From the NCBI GenBank assembly GCA_947626555.1, contig CANQSP010000002.1:1-60677 (forward strand): DNA of 60,677 nucleotides. The letters are read 5' to 3'. The DNA comes from an uncultured Clostridia bacterium. GTDB lineage: Bacteria > Bacillota > Clostridia > TANB77 > CAG-508. Every line of letters begins with the position of its first letter. The stretch's first letter is position 1. The position numbers and the translations under genes were made by a program. Below, in pieces: positions 46,687 to 56,557 of this stretch. Under the pieces are notes generated by a model. The model saw only the letters and a list, made by a program, of their open reading frames with translations, had not been told where the DNA came from and did no database searches.

Positions 46687-48315
46687 TTAATAAATTGCTA
46701 ATTTATCATTCAATTCATCTAATGTTGTAATTCCACTTAAAACTTTTTTTATACCGTCTATAACAAGAGGTTTGTAACTTCCTTTTAATGCCTGTTTTCT
46801 TATTTCTTCACTTGGTGCATTTTGAGATATAAGTTTCCTTATTTCATCATCTATAATTAATACCTCAAATATTCCTATTCTATCATAGTATCCAGTATAA
46901 TTACATTTTTCACAGCCAGTAATATCAAAAGTTTTCTTATTAGTAAAGTTAAGTTTTACTTTATATTTATTAGCTATTTTAGTCATTATATTAATTTCGT
47001 CTTCTCTAAAATCTCTTTGTTTTGCACAATGTGGACAAACTCTTCTAACAAGTCTTTGTGACACAGCTGTTGCTAAAGTTTCTGACATATCATAATTTGA
47101 AAGTCCTAATTTTCTTAATCTTGTTATAACTCCTATAGAATCTATTGTATGTATTGTAGATAATACATAATGACCTGTTTGACCAGCCTGCATAGCTATT
47201 TCTGCTGTTTCTTTATCTCTTATTTCTCCAACTAATATTATATTTGGATCTTGCCTTAGTGCTGTTCTTAATGAATCTGAAAAAGAAATTTTTGAATCTA
47301 TTTCTATTTGGTTTAAACCAGGTATACGAATTTCTACTGGATCTTCTATTGTTGTAATGTTTACTTCTGGTCTATTTAAGTGATTTATAATACTATATAA
47401 AGTAGTAGTTTTTCCTTCACCTGTTGGAGCCGCTATAATTGTAACGCAATTTCTTTTATTAAAACATTCATTTAATAATTTTTCATCTTCTGGAAAGCCT
47501 AATTCATACACTTTTTTTATTGTTGAATTCTTCTTTAATAATCTTAAAACAAACTTTTCTCCATATATATTTTTTTGTGAAGAAACACGTATATTGTATG
47601 CTGGGTAACTTATAATTCTACCATCTTGTGCTTCTTGTTTTTCTTCATGCATATTAGATATTGCTTTTAATCTTCCTATTAATTGTTGTTGTTTTTCTTT
47701 ATCCAATGTAACTGCAGTAATCAAATTTCCATCTATTCTATATCTTATCCTTACTCTATCTTCTAATGGTTCAATATGTATATCGCTTGCTCTTTTCTCC
47801 ATAGCTGTTTTAATAATAGTATCTAATAAAGCAGTTATATCCATATTAGGATTAATTTTATCTGCTACTGTCCCTTCAAATGTAGCTAATATTTTGTCTA
47901 TATCACTTTCAAAAGTAATATATTTTTCCATTATTAAACCTCTATTTAACAATAGCAATCTTATTTTGTCTATTGCTTTCTCATCAGAAGTATCTGCAAA
48001 GCAAACTTTTACTTTTCCATTTTGTTTACTAAATGGTATTGCTTTGTAACGCTTCGCTATATCTATTGAAATATAATCTGTAATGTTTAATTGCATATCT
48101 TCTGTTTTTAATAATATTGCATTTTCCCCTAATATTTCTCCTATTGCATTAATTAAAAGTTGTGAATCACATAGTTTTAGAATATTTATTATATCGCCTA
48201 ATTTTTTTCTAGGGAAATTTTTCTGATATTCTAGTGCTCTTTGTATATCATCTTCTGTTATTATTTTTCTTTTTGCAAGCTCAATTCCAAGTGGTTCTGT
48301 TTGTTTTTGTAGCAT
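46687..48315 (-). CDS. pilB: type IV pilus assembly ATPase (GspE/PilB family)
   Basis: Walker A APTGEGKTTTL, Asp/His boxes, GEIRD, and tetracysteine CPHC...CEKC. Confidence 0.9.
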   Translation of the reverse strand: MLQKQTEPLGIELAKRKIITEDDIQRALEYQKNFPRKKLGDIINILKLCDSQLLINAIGEILGENAILLKTEDMQLNITDYISIDIAKRYKAIPFSKQNGKVKVCFADTSDEKAIDKIRLLLLNRGLIMEKYITFESDIDKILATFEGTVADKINPNMDITALLDTIIKTAMEKRASDIHIEPLEDRVRIRYRIDGNLITAVTLDKEKQQQLIGRLKAISNMHEEKQEAQDGRIISYPAYNIRVSSQKNIYGEKFVLRLLKKNSTIKKVYELGFPEDEKLLNECFNKRNCVTIIAAPTGEGKTTTLYSIINHLNRPEVNITTIEDPVEIRIPGLNQIEIDSKISFSDSLRTALRQDPNIILVGEIRDKETAEIAMQAGQTGHYVLSTIHTIDSIGVITRLRKLGLSNYDMSETLATAVSQRLVRRVCPHCAKQRDFREDEINIMTKIANKYKVKLNFTNKKTFDITGCEKCNYTGYYDRIGIFEVLIIDDEIRKLISQNAPSEEIRKQALKGSYKPLVIDGIKKVLSGITTLDELNDKLAIY

Positions 48316-48411
48316 ATAAATTTCCTCCTCTTTTGTTCTATTTATTTTACATTAGTTCTATTTATTTCTAATTTTAAGTCTTTTATACATTATTATTTAC
48401 AATCAAATTAT

Positions 48412-48843
48412 TTACCAATACTTTAGTGCATAGCTTGTAGTTGTTGCCAATTCTTCATTTTTATTTAATTCTATTTTTACTTTTAAAATATTTTTTTCAT
48501 TGTCGAAAATCTTCTCAAAATGGCAATTTGACACCTCATTGCACACCTTTAAATTATCTCTATATATTCCATTATCCTTAAAAGTATACTTTACTCCACT
48601 TTCAAATTCGATTTCATTATTTGTTACATTAATAGTATCCCTATTAGTTTTACAATCCGCTAAAAAAATTACATTAAACTTATTAAGCTCTGCCATATAC
48701 TTTCCTCTTTCAGATATATAGCTAGAATTCTTCATAGCATTTGAGGTAATTAATGTTAATGCTGAAAGTACTATAATTAAAACTAATATATATATTATTA
48801 AAGCTATTAATGTTATTCCTTTTTCAGATTTAAAATTACTCAT
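48412..48843 (-). CDS. prepilin-type protein (143 aa), Ala at +5
   Basis: MSNFKSEKG/ITLIALIIYILVLIIV class III signal-like N-terminus, within the pilus cluster. Confidence 0.6.
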   Translation of the reverse strand: MSNFKSEKGITLIALIIYILVLIIVLSALTLITSNAMKNSSYISERGKYMAELNKFNVIFLADCKTNRDTINVTNNEIEFESGVKYTFKDNGIYRDNLKVCNEVSNCHFEKIFDNEKNILKVKIELNKNEELATTTSYALKYW

Positions 48844-49258
48844 ATTTATATTCCTTTACTTTTAATTTTTTAATAGTATATTCTTCATTATGATTCATAT
48901 AGTTATAGTCTACCTTTATAGTAACTACTTTTATAATATCTTCTTTTTTACTATTCATATCACTATATTTTTCTACAGAAATTGATGTATTATATGCATC
49001 TGGTATATCAAATTTACTTCTTAATGTATCGTTCAAATTATTATCTACATCCTCATAATTTAATATGTCAGTTTCTTCTGCTATTTTTATAGCATAATCT
49101 ACTGCTAATGCATTTAATCTAACAGCGGTAGAATGACTATATATGTTATAAAAAAGACTAGAAATAAGTCCAACAAATATTACTATTACACATATGGAAA
49201 TTGCTAAATCTACTCCTGTTATTCCTTTATTCTGTTTTATTTTTATAAAATTACCCAT
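48836..49258 (-). CDS. prepilin-type protein (140 aa), Asp at +5
   Basis: ...KQNKG/ITGVDLAISICVIVIFVGLI N-terminus. Overlaps its neighbours on both sides. Confidence 0.55.
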   Translation of the reverse strand: MGNFIKIKQNKGITGVDLAISICVIVIFVGLISSLFYNIYSHSTAVRLNALAVDYAIKIAEETDILNYEDVDNNLNDTLRSKFDIPDAYNTSISVEKYSDMNSKKEDIIKVVTIKVDYNYMNHNEEYTIKKLKVKEYKYE

Positions 49259-50040
49259 TTAAACCACCCTAGATTCATTAGTATAGTTACTATAATGTTG
49301 AAAATACATAATAAATAAGCAATAGGCATCTTTTTAATTGAATTCTTATTTCCTATAATCGTTTGTAATAAATATTTTATTGCTATTGCTAATAAAGTTA
49401 CAAAAATTGTTACAAATAAATTAACTTTTCCTCCGAATCCCAACATTATTACAATTAATAATATTATTTGTATACTATAATTGTTTTCTAATTTTCTTCT
49501 TAAATAAAAAGTATCACATATAAGTAATGTTAATATTATAAATAGATACATAACATATATATATACATTTGTAATTCGTAATATATATAGATATATCATA
49601 TATGATGAAACTATAATTAACTCATAAAGTAATACTCCTACATTAATTACTCTTTTTTCTTTGTCAATACCTGCTATTATTATAAGTCCTAAAATATATA
49701 ATAAATTAAAAGCTAAATATACAATTATTTCTACATTATTTATTTGTGTTCCATACAAGACTGAGATTGAAAATGCCACAAATATTAGTCCTGTAAAGAA
49801 TTCTATTATTATGTATTTTGGGCTTATTTTTTCTTTACAATATCTACACTTTCCTTTCAAGCATATATAACTTATAACAGGAATCATATCAAAAAAAGAT
49901 AATTTGTGTTTACACTTTGGGCAATATGATCTTTTATGAGTTATATCTTCATGTAGTGGTAATCTATGAATTGCTAGTGTAGAAAAACTACCCGCTAATA
50001 AACCTATAAAAAAAATTGTTATATATATTATTATCTCCAT
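49243..50040 (-). CDS. pilD: prepilin peptidase (A24 family)
   Basis: CPKCKHKLSFFDMIPVISY...GKCRYCKEKIS zinc-binding N-domain and polytopic membrane body. The start (ATG 50040 or GTG 50052) is uncertain. Confidence 0.8.
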   Translation of the reverse strand: MEIIIYITIFFIGLLAGSFSTLAIHRLPLHEDITHKRSYCPKCKHKLSFFDMIPVISYICLKGKCRYCKEKISPKYIIIEFFTGLIFVAFSISVLYGTQINNVEIIVYLAFNLLYILGLIIIAGIDKEKRVINVGVLLYELIIVSSYMIYLYILRITNVYIYVMYLFIILTLLICDTFYLRRKLENNYSIQIILLIVIMLGFGGKVNLFVTIFVTLLAIAIKYLLQTIIGNKNSIKKMPIAYLLCIFNIIVTILMNLGWFKWVIL

Positions 50041-50153
50041 TATTTTTCCCACTTATATAAATAAAGAGCTACCTAAATATGTTGACTTTTCAATAGGTAA
50101 CTCATTATATTTAGTTTATGACCTTAGTTTTGTCATTTTAATACTCAATAACT

Positions 50154-50390
50154 CTATCTATTACTTCCATTTTCACGTTCAATTATATTTTGAGCTATAT
50201 CATATATAGTTTGTAAAGTTTGATCTGTTTCTTTTTGAGCATTTATTGCCATATCTCTTGCTTGTTGTGCTTGCTCCCATACTCCATTTTGACCAACAAC
50301 TGTTACTATACTAACTGACGCTAATATAATTAGTACAATTATTGTTACAACTAATGCTACTAAAGTTACACCCTTTTCTGATTTTAGCAT
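50154..50390 (-). CDS. very short prepilin-type protein (78 aa), Ala at +5
   Basis: MLKSEKG/VTLVALVVTIIVLIILA N-terminus. GGAGG SD before ATG 50390. Confidence 0.65.
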   Translation of the reverse strand: MLKSEKGVTLVALVVTIIVLIILASVSIVTVVGQNGVWEQAQQARDMAINAQKETDQTLQTIYDIAQNIIERENGSNR

Positions 50391-50471
50391 ATTAACAACC
50401 TCCTTCTATTTTTTGTTTTTTATTATAGTTAATGATTAATTCTCCCTGTCATATATAAACACATTTGTGTA

Positions 50472-51113
50472 TTATTTCTTGCCTGTATTTCCCCATAAAC
50501 CAGTTTGAGTATTAGTTTTTGATGTATTTGTACTATTTTTTGATTCTTCATTTGTGTTTGTTTTATCGTTAGTTGTTGAATTTGTTTTATCATCTTCCTC
50601 TTTATCTGTAGTATTTGACTTGTCACTTGTATTTGTTTTGTTGTTTTTATCACTTTCACTGTCATCGTTAACCGTGTTTGTTTTGTCCTTTGTAGTTGTG
50701 TTAGTTTTGTCTTTTGACGTTGTATTAGTCTTGTCTTTTGATGTTGTATTTGTTTTCTCGCTTTCTGTATTAGTCTTATCCCCTGTAGTTGAATTTGTTT
50801 TTTCTTCATCTTCCTCGTCACTATTTTCTTCTTCTACTAGAAATGGATTAATTTTCCCAGCAACATAAGATTTGTCTTTCTTATATTTTTCCAAATCAGA
50901 ACCATCAATTTTATAAGTCATACTTGTTTCTTCCAGTTCAGTAACTTCTTCTGAAACTTCATTTTTTATTCCTTCAGGCGTTGAATATGCTACTCTATTA
51001 GGAACTATTTTATTTATTGGATTATAATCATAAAATATAATAGATAACACTAAAATTACTGCTACAAATAATAATAGTGAAACTCCAATTTCTTTTAATA
51101 CAGATTTAAACAT
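50472..51113 (-). CDS. membrane-anchored protein with T/K/D/N-rich repeat tail (213 aa)
   Basis: N-terminal TM helix. 24-nt DNA repeats at 50674-50769 encode (S/T)KDKTNTT units. Inside the pilus operon. Confidence 0.6.
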   Translation of the reverse strand: MFKSVLKEIGVSLLLFVAVILVLSIIFYDYNPINKIVPNRVAYSTPEGIKNEVSEEVTELEETSMTYKIDGSDLEKYKKDKSYVAGKINPFLVEEENSDEEDEEKTNSTTGDKTNTESEKTNTTSKDKTNTTSKDKTNTTTKDKTNTVNDDSESDKNNKTNTSDKSNTTDKEEDDKTNSTTNDKTNTNEESKNSTNTSKTNTQTGLWGNTGKK

Positions 51114-51128
51114 AATCTAATTTCCTTT

Positions 51129-51710
51129 CTAATATGTGATTTTTACATTTTTTACAGTAAATGTCGCCTTTAATACGCTACCATCTTCTTCTTTAGAAAC
51201 CATTTTGAAATTCTTTATTCTATAATTAAGTTTTGAATCATTTTCTATTGCCTCTATAAAATTAGTAATTCCTACATATGTTCCTTCTACAACGAAATTT
51301 ATGTCTGTAACCCCTTCATAATCACCTGTAACTTCTGTAAACTCTGTGTAAACTCCTGCTTCAGTAGCATGTGTTCCCAATTGAGTATATAAAAAATCTA
51401 TTTGATAAGTTTTTTCTGTCATAGCATTTACTATTTCTTTTTCTGAAGTATTTGCTGTTAACTTCATAAATTCTTCTTTTGCTTCTGCCATTTTTTTGCT
51501 TTCTGAATTTAGTTCACTATCTTTTCCAAGATAATAGTCAGTAGTCAATTTATTTGTTTCTGCTATTTTGGCATCAATTTGATAGTTCTTATCTGCTAAT
51601 TGTTTTATACTTGGAAGTTCAAAGTTACCAATTTTTACACCTGCTAAACCTATAAATAGCATTAAAAATATTGCAAATATTATAATTCCTATTAATACTA
51701 CTTTTTTCAT
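51129..51710 (-). CDS. PilO-like pilus assembly protein (193 aa)
   Basis: N-terminal TM helix, coiled-coil segment and C-terminal alpha/beta region. AAGGAGA SD. Start overlaps the upstream stop by 4 nt. Assignment is by position and architecture. Confidence 0.45.
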   Translation of the reverse strand: MKKVVLIGIIIFAIFLMLFIGLAGVKIGNFELPSIKQLADKNYQIDAKIAETNKLTTDYYLGKDSELNSESKKMAEAKEEFMKLTANTSEKEIVNAMTEKTYQIDFLYTQLGTHATEAGVYTEFTEVTGDYEGVTDINFVVEGTYVGITNFIEAIENDSKLNYRIKNFKMVSKEEDGSVLKATFTVKNVKITY

Positions 51711-53308
51711 GGCAACTCTCCTTTTATAACAATTTTTATTTTTCCTTCTGCACTTGTACCTGGAGAAGATGTTACATTATTAAGAATTTTTCCATCTTTT
51801 ATTTCACTTATAAAGAATCCCAATAAATCATATCTTGAAGATTGAACTTCTATAGAAACTTCTTTATCTACCGTATTTTCTATTGATGTTAGTGATATAT
51901 CTCCATTTGGTATTGCACTCATCAACTCACTCAATAAAGTTGGTATTACATTTTTATCTTCATTTTGAGTTGTTTTATTCTTTGAATAACTAGTTAAATT
52001 ATTTTTCATATCTACATATTTAGTAGTATTAGCTTTTATTTTTAATAAATCTACCTCTGCCTTTACCATTTGTTCTTTATTATTTTCATAAACACTATTT
52101 ACTTCATCTAGCTTTACTGTCATTTGACTATTTAATATCATTGTTAATGCTATATACATCATACACAATTCTGCTAGTCCAACTGTTAACCTTATTAACC
52201 ACTTTTTAGGTTCATCTGCATATGTCTTAAATTTACCATTTCCAGACTTACCATTTTTTTGACTACTTCCTATTTCTTTTGTTAATATATCTGGTATGCT
52301 ATCTGAAAGTGTTTGCTTTTTGAAGTTAATTTCCTTTATACCTTTTCCTACACCTTGCATTGCCAATGATAATGCTGAATTAACTTCCATAAAATCTTTA
52401 ATATTTATTTTCAAGCTTTCTTTTATAAAATAAGGCCTTAATAGTTCACACTTTTGATTAACAAGATACTCTTGAAAATATAAATCTATATTATTTATCA
52501 TACTGCCTAAGCCTGTGATATATACTTTATCGATTGGAGTTGAAGATTTATCTATTATTTTTTTTGTTTTTTCGGCTATTTTGTATAAGACTGGCATTAT
52601 ATCTTCAAGATAAGTTGTTTCCTCTTGTGTATACTCTTTTTCCATTGTATAAATTGTTGTATTCTTACATATTTCATAAGCTTTTGCATATGAATTTTCT
52701 TTAGAACTTATTTTATCTATAAATTCTTTTGCTCCAACTTCTAATTTTATAACTTCATTAATATTTTTATTTACAATCTTTGTTATCGTTGTTTTATTCT
52801 CTATATTTACTATTAAAACATTTTCATTTGGTTTTGATGCTAATAAGTTAGTAATAGATACTGGTAAAGATGTTATTACAGAAATCTGATTTTCTGTAAA
52901 ATACTTTAGTTTTTCATTTATTTCTGCTTTATTTGCAGTTATATGTATAGCTTTTATTTTTTCTTTATCTTCTACGTCCTGTACTAATATATATCTAGAT
53001 TCTAGGGCATTCTTATTATAGTTTTTATTTGCGCAGAATACTTCAAACTCTGTATCTACAGCTTTTTTCAAATCTTTTTTGCTAAGTAAATTAAAGAAAT
53101 AGAAATAATTATATACTTCTTCAGAAAGATTTATGCTAATTGGTGTTTTATAACTACCTGTTTCTTCTATTATTTGCTTGATTGTTTCTTTAAAATCGTC
53201 ATAAAATCTAATTCCAAAAGCATTTACTCTGACTACATCTTTTTCCCTTTCTACTTTTGCATATTTTATATAATTAGTATCTATATATAAACCCAAACAA
53301 CTTGACAT
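51707..53308 (-). CDS. pilM: PilM-like actin-fold ATPase domain fused to a PilN-like TM/extracytoplasmic region
   Basis: ATG 53308 lies 5 nt after AAGGAG (the track ORF carries a 57-codon spurious extension). LGLYIDTNYIKYA N-terminus and a mid-protein TM helix (LIRLTVGLAELCMMYIALTMIL). Confidence 0.6.
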   Translation of the reverse strand: MSSCLGLYIDTNYIKYAKVEREKDVVRVNAFGIRFYDDFKETIKQIIEETGSYKTPISINLSEEVYNYFYFFNLLSKKDLKKAVDTEFEVFCANKNYNKNALESRYILVQDVEDKEKIKAIHITANKAEINEKLKYFTENQISVITSLPVSITNLLASKPNENVLIVNIENKTTITKIVNKNINEVIKLEVGAKEFIDKISSKENSYAKAYEICKNTTIYTMEKEYTQEETTYLEDIMPVLYKIAEKTKKIIDKSSTPIDKVYITGLGSMINNIDLYFQEYLVNQKCELLRPYFIKESLKINIKDFMEVNSALSLAMQGVGKGIKEINFKKQTLSDSIPDILTKEIGSSQKNGKSGNGKFKTYADEPKKWLIRLTVGLAELCMMYIALTMILNSQMTVKLDEVNSVYENNKEQMVKAEVDLLKIKANTTKYVDMKNNLTSYSKNKTTQNEDKNVIPTLLSELMSAIPNGDISLTSIENTVDKEVSIEVQSSRYDLLGFFISEIKDGKILNNVTSSPGTSAEGKIKIVIKGELP

Positions 53309-53567
53309 TTTTACTCCTTTTTTGACACAATTTACCAAAATATTTTTATATATTGTTATTTTATATTTTTTTATTATAAAGTCAATAGTTTTAATCAATT
53401 CGTAATGTAAGTGTAATGTAAGCGTAATATATATGTAATATTGTTGTCTACAAAAAAGACATCTAAAAAATAAACCCACATGTTGTTTAGAAATAAAAAA
53501 ATAAAGAATATCTTACTATTATATAGTAAAATATTCTCTATTTTTATTATGCATTTTTTGTATATTA

Positions 53568-54377
53568 CTATCCTCTAAAAAAGCATACTGCCAAAATAAT
53601 AATTCCAATTACTATTCTATATATTGCAAATACTTTAAAATTTCCTTTTTGCAAGTACTTTAACAAAAACTTTATTACTAATAACCCAACTAAGAAACTA
53701 GCAATAACTCCTACATAAAAGGCTATACTTCCAAATGCGAAATCACCAATTTTTAATATTGTAGCTGCTAATACTATTGGGGCTGATAGCATAAAAGAAT
53801 ATTTAGCAGCTGATTTTCTCTCTATGCCCATTGCTCTTGCAGTTGTCATTGTGATTCCAGACCTTGAGACCCCTGGTATAAAGGCTAAACACTGAGAAAC
53901 ACCTATTAAAAATGTTTGTTTAAATGTCATATTTTCATATTTTGTTTTTGACTTTGCGTTCTTATCTACTATATATAAAATTATTCCCATTACCATTAAT
54001 GCTATTGCAATTATTATTGGCGTTTCTAGGCTATCACCTGCAAATTTATCTAGTAAAAGACCTATTATACCTCCTGGAATCGTTGCGATTACTATGTACC
54101 AAAACATTTTTCCCTCAAAGGTCCTTTTATTCTTTACAACTAATTCATAACCACCTTTTATTAATTTTAGCCAATCCTTAAAGAAAAATATTCCTATTGC
54201 AAGAAGTGTTCCAAAGTGAAGTGCCACATCAAATGCTTCAAAATCCAATTTAAATTGATTTGAATTACTCCAACCTAAAAGCCATGGTATTATTGCCAAG
54301 TGTCCTGAACTTGAAATTGGTAATAATTCAGTTAACCCCTGTACTATTCCTAAAATTAACGCTTGTAAAATACTCAT
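53568..54377 (-). CDS. uppP: undecaprenyl-diphosphate phosphatase
   Basis: GIVQGLTELLPISSSGHL N-terminal motif and PGVSRSGITMT motif. Confidence 0.93.
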   Translation of the reverse strand: MSILQALILGIVQGLTELLPISSSGHLAIIPWLLGWSNSNQFKLDFEAFDVALHFGTLLAIGIFFFKDWLKLIKGGYELVVKNKRTFEGKMFWYIVIATIPGGIIGLLLDKFAGDSLETPIIIAIALMVMGIILYIVDKNAKSKTKYENMTFKQTFLIGVSQCLAFIPGVSRSGITMTTARAMGIERKSAAKYSFMLSAPIVLAATILKIGDFAFGSIAFYVGVIASFLVGLLVIKFLLKYLQKGNFKVFAIYRIVIGIIILAVCFFRG

Positions 54378-54402
54378 TTTTTTCCTCTTTTCTTTTTTGT
54401 TT

Positions 54403-55260
54403 TTATAATTCTTTAAAAATATTATAAATTGTATCTTTAATAAATTCTGCTGATGTTAGTGGTGCTACTTTTCCTGGCAAAGACAAAGCCCATATGGTTT
54501 TTATTCCTATTTTTTTAGCATTATCTCTATCTAATCCCCCTGGATTTGATGCCAAGTCTATAATCAAACAATCTTTGTTTAATAAATTTAATTTTTTTTC
54601 ATCTAATACTAAGTTTGGAATTGTATTAATAATTATGTGAAAATTATTTAAATAATTATCTAATTCATTTAAGTGTATTGCATTATATCCATATGCTTTA
54701 ATCCATGCCAAATCTTCATCTTTTCTTGCCTCACAATATACGTTTGCACCCAATCCTTGAAGTTCTTTCGCTAAGATTTTTCCAATCCTTCCGAACCCCA
54801 TAATTAATACATTACTTCCATGTATAGTTCTAATGGTTTCTTCCATTGCTATTTGTATTGCTCCCTCTGCCGTAGATATTGCATTTAACACCATCAATTC
54901 TTCTCTATATAATAAATCTATTAATTTAACATTTTTTGCTTTGACTTCTTGTTTTATATTTCCTGCTATAAAAATTTTATTATCTAATTTACTAAAAAGT
55001 TCATCTAAAGTAATACTAATATCACTAAAAGGCGTATTTATTTGAATATTATTACTAGATAATGGTATAGGTCCTATAATCACATCGCCTATTTCAAATA
55101 ATTCATCTATACTTTTACATTTTCTTATTTTTTTTGATTTTTCTATACTCTCTGCCTTTTCTAATGCATATGTATAAACTTCATATCCATCTTGTGCTAG
55201 CATTTCTACTAACTTTACAATTCTTAAATCTCCACCAATTACTGATATTTTGTTTAACAA
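54403..55260 (-). CDS. dpaA: dipicolinate synthase subunit A
   Basis: ISVIGGDLRIVKLVEML N-terminal domain and NAD-binding GFGRIGK fold. TTG start. Confidence 0.6.
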   Translation of the reverse strand: MLNKISVIGGDLRIVKLVEMLAQDGYEVYTYALEKAESIEKSKKIRKCKSIDELFEIGDVIIGPIPLSSNNIQINTPFSDISITLDELFSKLDNKIFIAGNIKQEVKAKNVKLIDLLYREELMVLNAISTAEGAIQIAMEETIRTIHGSNVLIMGFGRIGKILAKELQGLGANVYCEARKDEDLAWIKAYGYNAIHLNELDNYLNNFHIIINTIPNLVLDEKKLNLLNKDCLIIDLASNPGGLDRDNAKKIGIKTIWALSLPGKVAPLTSAEFIKDTIYNIFKEL

Positions 55261-55327
55261 TATTAACTCATTCCCTTCATTAATCTATAATAATATATTA
55301 TATTTACATTTTAATATATTATTACTT

Positions 55328-56524
55328 TCATTCTTGTTCTCTTTGTATATTTCTTTCAACATATTTCATTGTTTTTATATTATTTTTATTAAGAGAACCA
55401 ACTATTTCGTATGTATTTTCTAAATGTAATATTGTTAATCTTTCTTTTTTTGACATCTTTATATTTTCATGTTCAACTTTAGCATTATTATTTTTATTAG
55501 GCTTATTTACTTTTCTTATAATTCCATTAAAAATTGCTTGTTTTTGTGCCTTATCATAGTAACTTGTATCTTCTTCTATTGCTATATTTAAATAATTAAT
55601 TGCTTTTTCTTGCTTTCCTTTTATTATTGCTATATAGGCTAAATAATAATAACTTCCTGCTTCCACTTCTTTTCCTTGCATAGCTTGTTCAAAATATTTT
55701 TCTGCTTCATCTAGTTCATTATATAACATTGCTATCTGTGCCAAACTATATTTTGAATTATATAGTAAAGAGTTTAATTCTGCAGCTTTTTCATAATATT
55801 GCTTTGCACTTTGAAAATCATTTAACCTAGTATATATCATTCCCAAATTATAATATATGTCATAATTTACTTTATCATACTTTAGTGCATCCATATATAC
55901 ATTTACTGCTTCTTTAAATCTTTCTTGCTCATATAATATAGTTCCTAATAAATCTGTTGCTTCATACAAATCTGGCTTTTTCCTTAATAAATCGTTTAAC
56001 ATTGTTATTGCATTTTCTTTTTTATCAGTTTCATTTAGCAATTTTGCTATGCAAAAATATGAATTGTAGTCTTTAGAATTTAATTCAACTGCTCTTACAT
56101 ATTCATCTATGGCAGTTTGCTTCTTACCCTCTTTTTCATAAATACTAGCTAAATTTTTATGTGCCATATAACTATCCGGATATTTTTCTACTAATTTTAA
56201 CAGTACTCTTCTAGCCATTTTATTTTCATTTTTCTTTTCAAAAATTTTTGAAATTGCAATATATAAGATTTCTGTGAGAAACATAAATTTTTTTTCTATA
56301 TATATTAGTACTATTGGAATAATTATAGATAATATATATATTAAACACCATATAACAACTGGTAAATTTACATCTAATATAAGATATACAAAACCTATTA
56401 ATATTCCTATAGCCTGTAATACTAATACATATATGTAATTGGTATCATTCCTTCTAATCATTTTAAAAAATATAATTAAAAACAATACAAAGGCTAAGAT
56501 ATTAAATATTATCCTCTCTATCAT
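55328..56524 (-). CDS. membrane-anchored TPR-repeat protein (398 aa)
   Basis: Three N-terminal TM helices followed by repeated 34-residue Y/A/L patterns (e.g. AIDEYVRAVELNSKDYNSY, AKQYYEKAAELNS). Confidence 0.75.
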   Translation of the reverse strand: MIERIIFNILAFVLFLIIFFKMIRRNDTNYIYVLVLQAIGILIGFVYLILDVNLPVVIWCLIYILSIIIPIVLIYIEKKFMFLTEILYIAISKIFEKKNENKMARRVLLKLVEKYPDSYMAHKNLASIYEKEGKKQTAIDEYVRAVELNSKDYNSYFCIAKLLNETDKKENAITMLNDLLRKKPDLYEATDLLGTILYEQERFKEAVNVYMDALKYDKVNYDIYYNLGMIYTRLNDFQSAKQYYEKAAELNSLLYNSKYSLAQIAMLYNELDEAEKYFEQAMQGKEVEAGSYYYLAYIAIIKGKQEKAINYLNIAIEEDTSYYDKAQKQAIFNGIIRKVNKPNKNNNAKVEHENIKMSKKERLTILHLENTYEIVGSLNKNNIKTMKYVERNIQREQE

Positions 56525-56557
56525 TATTTTCTCACCTTTTCCATAATTAATTTCTAA

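Noticed and set aside
50429-50868. ORFs 50429-50821 (-) and 50554-50868 (+)
   Set aside because: These are off-frame or antisense translations of the 24-nt repeat region of the 213-aa gene. They are low-complexity artefacts.
53309-53479. 57-codon N-terminal extension of the PilM-like ORF, with similar upstream extensions on deoB, fabI, accA, dapF, rpsO, the SDR, the flotillin gene and others
   Set aside because: Internal ATG codons with well-spaced AGGAGG-type SDs give N-termini matching the protein families. The extensions have no SD and odd composition.
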